Below, piece after piece: positions 7,793-15,004 of a stretch of DNA of 16,399 nt. The position numbers were made by a program, and so were the translations under genes. How positions within the stretch are numbered: the first letter of the stretch is position 1; every line of letters begins with the position of its first letter. The DNA is from Pseudomonadota bacterium. Its GTDB lineage: Bacteria > Pseudomonadota > Alphaproteobacteria > RF32 > CAG-239. The DNA is taken from positions 1 through 16,399 of the forward strand of contig CAKJXZ020000053.1 in NCBI GenBank assembly GCA_918234285.1, in the 5' to 3' direction. The notes below the pieces were generated by a model. The model did no database searches. It was not told the origin of the DNA and worked only from the letters and a program-made list of their open reading frames with translations.

Positions 7793-8794
7793 TCATCGCA
7801 GAGCCTGCCCGGCCAATCCGGCAAACAAATCCAGACCGTATTTCAATCCTAAATCCAATACCGGATTTATGAAATAGTAGGCAATCAGCGGACCGGCTCT
7901 TTCCACAAACAAATAGGCCAATGATACCTTGAATCCCATCTTGATAATATCTTGCAGCAATTTTCCGATGGTTGTAGGCGTAAATGAAGCCAATTGTTGC
8001 AGCAAATAATATGCCAACCATATCATAAATCCGATTTCCAAAATCAACTTACCCAGCGATATAGCACTAGGCAAAGCTTTGCCGGCCGCCTGGAAAAACG
8101 AATTCATCAACACTACTACCACGTTGCAATACCAACAAAGTTTGGCATCATTGGTATCGTCCATATATATTTTTTTCATAGATTCAAACTTACAACCGCC
8201 GGCCGCTTTGGAGCCGTCACTGTTATCCGAATAATGCTGATTATGCGGCTGTTCCGGGGCATCTTTTTCTTGAACTTCTTCTTCCTTATCGGATGGCAGA
8301 GTAGGGTCATGCGACAACGCGGCATGTTCTTTGTTGTAGAAATACATACCGGAATTGACATCCTTAAACGCGCCGTTTGGACCGCCGCTGCGGCTGAACT
8401 CGTTAATATCGCCGTGTCCCAGTGAAGACAACGTACCGCTAACCGTTTGTTTTGCCAATCGGAGTGCCGTATTCCATCCGGCGGAATTCTGCCAACGCCG
8501 TTCGATGTTTTCTACACTGCCCAAATCGCCGGAAGGAGAGAAGGCACCGGAATTATAGATAATATCGGTGTAGGTAATATCTTTGTTGCCGTAGGCAGAT
8601 TGTTGTTCCTTGAGGCGATTGCGGAGAACGTTTGCCATATAGGTCATGGAAACTTCGTTACCGTTACGCGTTTCATTCATTAAAACGGCAGCAATCTGAT
8701 ATTCAACCAAACTCTTGCCGGCCCAAGCCGAACGCGGTAAAATACACAGTATCGCGACAAACAAGAACACAAATGCAAAAATACCTTTTCTCAT
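7793..8794 (-). CDS. Fusion protein (333 aa): signal peptide + SleB/Hydrolase_2-like cell-wall lytic transglycosylase domain + N-terminal (CxxC/TM) half of a VirB6-like unit
   Basis: IAAVLMNETRNGNEVSMTYMANVLRNR...TYTDIIYNSGAFS...GMYFY matches the SleB pattern LA..i..EArGE...g..aVa.VilNR...ti..Vvy...QFS...H.FY. The C-part, CWYC...ILEIGFMIWLAYYLLQ...GKLLQDIIKMGFKV...FINPVLDLGL, aligns by eye with the N-halves of the neighbouring paralogs. It has an ATGA overlap with the upstream gene and a GGAG SD. Confidence 0.75.
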   Translation of the reverse strand: MRKGIFAFVFLFVAILCILPRSAWAGKSLVEYQIAAVLMNETRNGNEVSMTYMANVLRNRLKEQQSAYGNKDITYTDIIYNSGAFSPSGDLGSVENIERRWQNSAGWNTALRLAKQTVSGTLSSLGHGDINEFSRSGGPNGAFKDVNSGMYFYNKEHAALSHDPTLPSDKEEEVQEKDAPEQPHNQHYSDNSDGSKAAGGCKFESMKKIYMDDTNDAKLCWYCNVVVVLMNSFFQAAGKALPSAISLGKLILEIGFMIWLAYYLLQQLASFTPTTIGKLLQDIIKMGFKVSLAYLFVERAGPLIAYYFINPVLDLGLKYGLDLFAGLAGQALR

Positions 8795-10248
8795 TGCCGT
8801 TCTCCCCTTTGCTGATTCTGATTTTTGTCGCGACCTGCCGCACGTTGCATGGCCTGTTTTGCTTTATTCATAGCCTCTTTTGCTTTCTGTACTTTATCTC
8901 TGAGAGCTCTCAATCTCGCGCTATAATTAATGGCTACCGTTGCTACCTTACCGGCACCTGCCGTAAGCGCTTCAAACGAAATTTGCGCAATTGTACCGAT
9001 GAGAGCGGCAACTTTTTGCTGGAACTTGGTATCTCCGCCGCCTCCCGAAACGCTTTCGGACATGGTAACAGCCATACCGGTTGCCTTAATGATGATAAAT
9101 CCCATCATAATCAGCGACAGAGGAATTGTGCCGAAACTCTGATATTCTTCAAGATCGCCGTATCGGTTGCCGTTTGCGGTCAACAATTCATTTACGGCAA
9201 ACACGGTCATCGAAACTAAAATGGCCAGGCACAGCATAATAGCTGCAGAGTTCAGAATAATCTTAAATCCGACATTGGTCCATTTACGGGTTTGTTCAAA
9301 GGCGTAGAACAAAATCAGGAACGGCATTATAACAATCATCATAACCATACGGAAAATCGCGTCTACGAGATAAAGCACGAAACCCCATTTGGCAATCAAA
9401 AAGGCTGCCATCAAGAATATACCGACGATGAACGGGAAAACGCCGTTGCCGAATACACCGCGCAGGGCCACGGTATAACCGGCATTCAGTTGGTCACTCA
9501 CCGCGCAGGCCATACAGCTCATCATATCAAGCGGTTCCTTCGGGAACGAAGAATCACTCATCTGCATAACCGTACCGGCCGGAACAGAGCATCCGCCGTC
9601 GGATATGGTGAAGTTGACCGGTTCCGTTTCACCGTCAATAACAACATCGCGAAGCGAGCCCGATTTTTGCGACATCAGCGACAATATCGCCGCGGCAAAT
9701 TCAAGTAATGTCATATAAATCGGAAACACAAAGGTATTGATGACATAGATGATATTGGTTGGAGAAGATGCCAGATAACCGCAAGCGAAGCATATTGCCG
9801 CCTTTCGTAGCACCTTGGTCCAGAATTCGCCGATAGATTCCGGTGAAGTAGCCGAAACATGCCGCAAAACCTGAAACGCTAACCACAAGGAAAATGCCAG
9901 CACCATCAACGACAATAAATCTTCGGTCGTTACTTTGGCATAAACATTGAGAGCCATATTGCTGAGGCCGTTGTAGAAGACTTTGAGGAGGGAAGCCTGA
10001 ATGCATTGTTTGCGTCCAGATACACAACGATTGTCTTCGTCAGGTTGCTCGTTTTGCATCACGCTTTTGCCATCGCCGACGGAAGGACATTCAAAACGTT
10101 GGCTGGCCGCGGTTTGCGGTTCACTTGCACCTCGCGACTGCTTGGCATTTTCTTCGTCACCGCACGCGGAAAGAAGGACAACCGTGCATAAAATAAGGCA
10201 CAGCACCTTTAAGATTTTCCAAATATTTATGTCCTTTATCCTAATCAT
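8791..10248 (-). CDS. virB6: VirB6/TrbL-like protein, unit 3 (~485 aa), predicted lipoprotein
   Basis: The likely start is ATG 10248 (alternative TTG 10299). It has a lipobox, VVLLSA-C (Cys29), and multiple TM segments. The signature is YLVDAIFRMVMMIVIMPFLILFYAFEQTRKW. The tail is short, basic and helical. Confidence 0.72.
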   Translation of the reverse strand: MIRIKDINIWKILKVLCLILCTVVLLSACGDEENAKQSRGASEPQTAASQRFECPSVGDGKSVMQNEQPDEDNRCVSGRKQCIQASLLKVFYNGLSNMALNVYAKVTTEDLLSLMVLAFSLWLAFQVLRHVSATSPESIGEFWTKVLRKAAICFACGYLASSPTNIIYVINTFVFPIYMTLLEFAAAILSLMSQKSGSLRDVVIDGETEPVNFTISDGGCSVPAGTVMQMSDSSFPKEPLDMMSCMACAVSDQLNAGYTVALRGVFGNGVFPFIVGIFLMAAFLIAKWGFVLYLVDAIFRMVMMIVIMPFLILFYAFEQTRKWTNVGFKIILNSAAIMLCLAILVSMTVFAVNELLTANGNRYGDLEEYQSFGTIPLSLIMMGFIIIKATGMAVTMSESVSGGGGDTKFQQKVAALIGTIAQISFEALTAGAGKVATVAINYSARLRALRDKVQKAKEAMNKAKQAMQRAAGRDKNQNQQRGERQ

Positions 10249-10323
10249 TGCAGTTCCACCCGTTGTATTTATTCTATCATAGTTCAGTATCTCTTTCAAT
10301 ATGGTTATAAGCCATCGTCATCC

Positions 10324-13053
10324 TCATTTTTTCGTCGGTTTATCCGGTTGCGGCTGAGGAATTTCAACTTTTGATTCCTGCGGCTGCGGTTGCGCCGGCT
10401 GTTCCGGTTGTTGCGGCGCCGGTTGTTGATCCGTCGGCTGCTGCGTCGGCTGTTCCGGTTGTTGCGGCGCCGGTTGTTGATCCGTTGGCTGTTGCTGTGC
10501 CGGCTGCGGCTGTTGCTGAGTTGTCGGCCTTGTGGCAGAACCGCTGTCTCCCGCCGGTTCCGGTTGCGTTTGATTGTCTGTTGCGTCCCTAGGCTGTCCT
10601 TCCTTTTGTCCGCTCGGAACATTATTGTTTTCTTGTGCGGAAGGTTTATCCGTAGGTTCTGATCTGTTTTGTTCCGCCGCTTCTCCGGCTTCGCCTTGGA
10701 CTTCCCCTGTCTCGACAGGATTTGGAGTAGTGCTTACCCGAGTGCGTTGCGGACCTTCTCCCGGCTCATTATTCTGCTGTGTTTCAGCTTCTGCCCGAGT
10801 TCCGTTCGGCGTTTTAGGCTGTTGTTGCGGTTTCTGAGCACCTTTATCATTTTGCTGTTGATCTGCAGGTTCGGCTGTTTCCTTTTCTGCCGGTTCGCCT
10901 GAGCTTTCTCCGGCCGTTTCGTCAGCCGGTGCTGCTTCATCATTGGCCAATGGAGTTACCGGTTCTCCCGAACCGCTGGTTCTTGATCCTTTGCCTTTCG
11001 GAGCGGCTTCTTCGCCGGAGCGCGGTGTACCGCCTTCATTGGTCGGTTTGCCCTCGCCGGAAGAAGGTGTGCCCTCCGTTTTAGGGGTCTCCTCACCGGT
11101 CGATGTATTCTCCAACGGTGTCTCGGTATCCGGTGTTTCAGGCGCCGTATCTCCACCAGGAGGAGGTGTCCCATCGCCACCCTGCTGCGGTGTTCCGCCT
11201 CCAGAAGGCGGCATATCTCCACCGGCTTGCGACGGAAGTCCGGAACCTGTTTGTTGATTTTGGAATCTTCCCAACCCCACTTTCTGGCCGAGAGTCTGCA
11301 GTCCGTTGTGTTTCATATCCGAAATTTTATCGGTTAATTCGTTAAATCCGGCCTTAATACCGGTATTCTCCAATGCGGCATTACCGGCATAACTGCCGAG
11401 TCTACCCATAGAATGTAATCCGCCTTTACCGACAGTAGTTGCCACACCGACGGCCGCAGTGCCCATTTTCGCACCGATATCGGAACCGGCACCTTGCGAG
11501 AATTGTTGTGCAAGTGAACTTACCTTAGCAATCAACTTTAAGGCAAAAATGCAGCAGGCGAGCAACATCAAAACTCTTATGCCGTCAAGCGATGCCAATT
11601 TTTTGAGGGTATCGGCTTCATTGTTGTTCACGGCGTGGAGTATTTCCTGCATACTCGAGCTGCCGTCGCCGGATACGGCAAACGCTATAATGGCAGTGCC
11701 GACCAATAAAACCGTGCCCATCAAAGCAAAGTTAAAGAATGTGTTCATCAGCATTTTAACACCTTTGACGGTGTATTGCTTAGTCAAGTCAAAAGGCCAA
11801 CAAGCTACCAACAACGGTACTAATGCACTGAGCATACCGATTTGTACCGTGCAGTCAATCAAATAAAACGACAGCGCCAACCAAATCATCAAGCCGAAAG
11901 CCAACATAATCAAACCGCTGAGGAACATGTGTAAATCAGGCAACAAATCACCGCCCCAGGTGCCGCTCGGTGCCGAGTGGCAAATCAATCCCATCCCCAC
12001 TGCCGGCAAAGTAGCGGCGGTGGCGCCAAAACATCTGACGGTACTCAGAACCTGATTAAACAGAGATTCATCCAATTCGGAAGAGGCAATTACTCCGTAT
12101 CCGCCCGGATTGGTATCGCACTGTATGTTACCGCTGGCAGATGCTATCGCCAGCCCCATATCCAATCCGCCACGAATAACCGGTGAAATAAACAAGGTAT
12201 AAATATATTGCGAGTTACTCAATAAGGTAACGGTGATAGCTATTTTCAGACCGATGAGTAGAACCGATTTCAAATATGTGCCGAGTTTAATACCGCCGGT
12301 TGAACCGACAGCTTTGAGAGACTCTATGGCTAACAATACCAAGAAAAAGATAATCACAACTTCGCTGAGCGGCTCTGCCGTGCTTTGCCAAGCAACGTGT
12401 GCAACACGAGCGCTGGCACTCAATGCCGCTTCAAACACTCCACACAACGGACAAGCAGCCAAACGTTGCTGGATACCGGTAAATGATTCGCATTTTCCGC
12501 CCTGTCCCTGCGCCAGGCCGGTATCTTTATCGAGAGTTTCACAAACAGGGTTTTCTCCGTTTTCGTCGCAAACGCAGGCGGTGGCAGAAGGATTTTTAAG
12601 TGCCTGAATACTTTTACGCATATTGTTATATGCCTCAATGGCCGGAGAGTAGGCGGCTTTAACCTCTTGCAACAGTTGAACGCAGGCCGTAGTATCGCCG
12701 CGAACATTACCCCACGGAATGCTGATATATTCGTATAAACTGTCATCTTCAATGTTTACACCTGCAGCTTTGGCGGCAACAGCATCATCAACCGAAATAC
12801 GTACTTTCGGTCCCGGATTTCCGCTTTCATCCAAACAATTGCCCATATAGGTCTGAGCCAGCGAGTTATATGGTCCTACCGCAGACTTAAATTGATTAAA
12901 TGAGGTTTTTAAATTATCCGTAAGTTCTTCTTTAACATTTGCCTGCACTTCCGGTTTACAAGTGTTTCCTTCTTCGGCAAATGCCGGCCCGGCTGCCGGT
13001 AAAATTACCGTCAGCAACAAAACCAAGAGAATTGTATACCACTTATTTTTCAT
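10324..13053 (-). CDS. virB6: VirB6/TrbL-like protein, unit 2 (~909 aa), with large N-terminal exported domain and P/Q/E/G/T-rich disordered tail
   Basis: The likely start is ATG 13053 (GAGG upstream; 11-bp overlap with the small gene). It has a signal peptide (...GPAFA) and a CPLC motif. The signature is YLIDCTVQIGMLSALVPLLVACWPFDLTKQY...MNTFFNF. The low-complexity tail is about 290 aa. Confidence 0.72.
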   Translation of the reverse strand: MKNKWYTILLVLLLTVILPAAGPAFAEEGNTCKPEVQANVKEELTDNLKTSFNQFKSAVGPYNSLAQTYMGNCLDESGNPGPKVRISVDDAVAAKAAGVNIEDDSLYEYISIPWGNVRGDTTACVQLLQEVKAAYSPAIEAYNNMRKSIQALKNPSATACVCDENGENPVCETLDKDTGLAQGQGGKCESFTGIQQRLAACPLCGVFEAALSASARVAHVAWQSTAEPLSEVVIIFFLVLLAIESLKAVGSTGGIKLGTYLKSVLLIGLKIAITVTLLSNSQYIYTLFISPVIRGGLDMGLAIASASGNIQCDTNPGGYGVIASSELDESLFNQVLSTVRCFGATAATLPAVGMGLICHSAPSGTWGGDLLPDLHMFLSGLIMLAFGLMIWLALSFYLIDCTVQIGMLSALVPLLVACWPFDLTKQYTVKGVKMLMNTFFNFALMGTVLLVGTAIIAFAVSGDGSSSMQEILHAVNNNEADTLKKLASLDGIRVLMLLACCIFALKLIAKVSSLAQQFSQGAGSDIGAKMGTAAVGVATTVGKGGLHSMGRLGSYAGNAALENTGIKAGFNELTDKISDMKHNGLQTLGQKVGLGRFQNQQTGSGLPSQAGGDMPPSGGGTPQQGGDGTPPPGGDTAPETPDTETPLENTSTGEETPKTEGTPSSGEGKPTNEGGTPRSGEEAAPKGKGSRTSGSGEPVTPLANDEAAPADETAGESSGEPAEKETAEPADQQQNDKGAQKPQQQPKTPNGTRAEAETQQNNEPGEGPQRTRVSTTPNPVETGEVQGEAGEAAEQNRSEPTDKPSAQENNNVPSGQKEGQPRDATDNQTQPEPAGDSGSATRPTTQQQPQPAQQQPTDQQPAPQQPEQPTQQPTDQQPAPQQPEQPAQPQPQESKVEIPQPQPDKPTKK
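10396..10495 (-). repeat. Coding tandem repeat, 51-bp unit x2 (QQPTDQQPAPQQPEQP)
   Basis: cggctgttccggttgttgcggcgccggttgttgatccgt recurs at 10396 and 10447. Confidence 0.9.
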
Positions 13054-13270
13054 CGGTTTCATCCTCTTTTGTTGCCGGAATTTCCGCTTGTTCCGAGTTA
13101 ATATTTTTATTGCCGAACCCCACAAAATAGGCAGCTGCGGCCAAAACTATAACCAACACCGCAAAAGCGGTAACATGAAAGGCTTGTGAACCCAATACGG
13201 AAAGGGCTCCGCACTTGAACAGCATGAAGATTGAAATCAGGATAATTAATGATAAAATAGTGGATTTCAT
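13043..13270 (-). CDS. Small membrane protein (75 aa, two hydrophobic segments, acidic tail)
   Basis: It has an ATGA overlap with the upstream stop and a GGAG SD. Its stop overlaps the next gene's start, so it fills the gap exactly. There are two hydrophobic stretches. Confidence 0.75.
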   Translation of the reverse strand: MKSTILSLIILISIFMLFKCGALSVLGSQAFHVTAFAVLVIVLAAAAYFVGFGNKNINSEQAEIPATKEDETDEK

Positions 13271-14874
13271 TTATTTTCTCCTTCTGTTTTATCCTGATTA
13301 AACCCATTGGTAATTTCGTCACTTTGCTGCTTGGAAGATTTATCATCGGTATCCATTCCCAAGGCTGCCTTAGTTTTGTTAACCGCATTGTCTTTGAAGT
13401 TTTTCGTTGCGGTCTTGACTTTGCCCGCACCGGCTTTGGCCGCACCGGTAACTCCGAGATCGTCACTCGCCGATTTAAGTTGCGAACCGACACCTTTAAC
13501 CGCATTTTTAGCCAAACCGGCCGCACCGCCGAGATTACCAGGCTTTCCGCCTTCACCGCTCAAAGCATCGCCGACCGCGGCCTTAGTTACCAACGAGGCA
13601 GCGGTACCGCCGAGATTGCCACCCAAACCGCCGAGTTGCGCTCCGGCTGCGAACTTGCTGGCCAAACGATTGGCTTCTCCCGGTAATTTGAAACACATAA
13701 AGCAACACACGATAACCATCAGCATCTGTAACCCGCCGATTTGGATGGTGTCTTCCAAACTGGTAACGCTGTCGCTGTTAATCAAATTTATCAGCTCTTC
13801 CTGAGATATCCCTACGGAAAGAGCCTGTCCGGAAATACCGACAATCGTGGCAACGATAATTCCCATCATTACAAAATTAAAGAAAACGTTTAAGAACATA
13901 TTCCAACCGATTTTGGTGTAACCGGAAGTCATTTTGAACGGCCAACATGCCACAAAAAACGCCATCAGCGCACACACTATTCCCAATTCTATGACGCAGT
14001 CAAGCATATAAAATCCGATAGCCAGCCAAATACCTACACCGGAAATATATAGTAGCGCACCCTCGGTCAGCATACCGATACGCGGAATAACTTTCATACG
14101 GAAAAACCATTCCAAATCTTTCCACGAATTACAAATAAAACCGCGCCCGATGGCCGGCATTGTGGTTGCACCGTTGCTGAAATTCTCTACGGCACCAACC
14201 ATAATTTGCGCGGTTCTTGCCGAAAAATATTCATTGGATGGATCAAAGGCACTCGCGTATTTTGCCCCGGTTTCCGCCGCTTTTTGCGAAGTTGTACCGG
14301 TAAGCGCCATGCCGAAATCCACACTGCTTTCCAAAATCGGACTGAGTAGTTTATTGTATAAAAATGTCGGATGCTGTAAAATTAAAATGGTGATAGCTAC
14401 CTTGAACCCCTGAAGCAGTAAATCAGTCAGGTATTTACCAAGTTTTTGTGCTTCTGGAGAGGCAACGGACATTAGAGTCAGATATCCTACATAAATCAGA
14501 AAAGCAATAGTCAGCAGTTCAATCAGGGCATCACTGGTTGCTTCAAACGAGCTCTTAGAAATTGTCTGCACCGCTCCCATTAGATTGGCAAATAAGCTGC
14601 ATGTAAAGCATTTATCTAAGAATTGCCGTTCGTAATCAGTAACGGTCTCGCATTCGTCGTCCGAATCTTTACCGGGCTCTGTCTGTGTGTTTTGTGGGGT
14701 TGATTGGTCACAGATGACTGTATTGTTATCATCGCATAAGCAACCTGCCTGTGCATTCGGGAGTGCAAACGGACAATTATGCAGTGTGCTAGCGGCAAAA
14801 GCAGGAGCCGTCCATAACACCGCAACGGTTAGGAATAATAAAAATAAATAACGGACGCAGCTCCTCAGTTCCAT
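13267..14874 (-). CDS. virB6: VirB6/TrbL-like protein, unit 1 (~535 aa)
   Basis: The likely start is ATG 14874 (TAAGGA SD), rather than 14934. It has a signal peptide (...APAFA), a Cys-rich head and a CFTC motif. The signature is YMLDCVIELGIVCALMAFFVACWPFKMTSGY...W.MFLNVFFNF. The G/A-rich tail is typical of TrbL. Confidence 0.72.
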   Translation of the reverse strand: MELRSCVRYLFLLFLTVAVLWTAPAFAASTLHNCPFALPNAQAGCLCDDNNTVICDQSTPQNTQTEPGKDSDDECETVTDYERQFLDKCFTCSLFANLMGAVQTISKSSFEATSDALIELLTIAFLIYVGYLTLMSVASPEAQKLGKYLTDLLLQGFKVAITILILQHPTFLYNKLLSPILESSVDFGMALTGTTSQKAAETGAKYASAFDPSNEYFSARTAQIMVGAVENFSNGATTMPAIGRGFICNSWKDLEWFFRMKVIPRIGMLTEGALLYISGVGIWLAIGFYMLDCVIELGIVCALMAFFVACWPFKMTSGYTKIGWNMFLNVFFNFVMMGIIVATIVGISGQALSVGISQEELINLINSDSVTSLEDTIQIGGLQMLMVIVCCFMCFKLPGEANRLASKFAAGAQLGGLGGNLGGTAASLVTKAAVGDALSGEGGKPGNLGGAAGLAKNAVKGVGSQLKSASDDLGVTGAAKAGAGKVKTATKNFKDNAVNKTKAALGMDTDDKSSKQQSDEITNGFNQDKTEGENK

Positions 14875-14908
14875 GGCAAAATCCTTAGTTCTTATACTTC
14901 TATGAATA

Positions 14909-14966
14909 CAGTATAACATAAAATTTTTCAACATTTTATGACAAATTTGTTAAATTTTCGTAACAA
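14909..14966 (-). promoter_or_regulatory. Putative operon promoter region (extended -10-like TGtTATACT; inverted repeat TTGTTA-N8-TAACAA)
   Basis: This is the AT-rich 130-bp gap before the first operon gene. TGtTATACT lies on the minus strand near 14911-14919 and the dyad at 14947-14966. Confidence 0.35.
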
Positions 14967-15004
14967 TAAGATCTAGGATTCGCCGACAGAGTACGTAAAG
15001 CCAA

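Noticed and set aside
7797-8021. N-terminal 75-aa extension of the 712-aa ORF, or a simple frameshifted pseudogene
   Set aside because: The extension overlaps the conserved TM-coding end of the upstream gene. The SD and signal peptide at 7781-7796 indicate an independent start.
3052-14413. Numerous plus-strand and alternate-frame ORFs within the operon (e.g. 3052..3681, 8632..9219, 10305..10622, 13107..13556)
   Set aside because: They overlap longer, motif-bearing, translationally coupled genes and have no recognisable features. 10305..10622 is an off-frame reading of the Q/P repeat.
3055-14874. Integrated conjugative element or prophage
   Set aside because: No integrase, relaxase, VirB4, phage structural gene or att-like flanking repeat is visible. 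The XRE gene alone is not sufficient evidence.
14947-14966. CtrA box (TTAA-N7-TTAA)
   Set aside because: The spacing is 6 rather than 7 and one half-site is degenerate.
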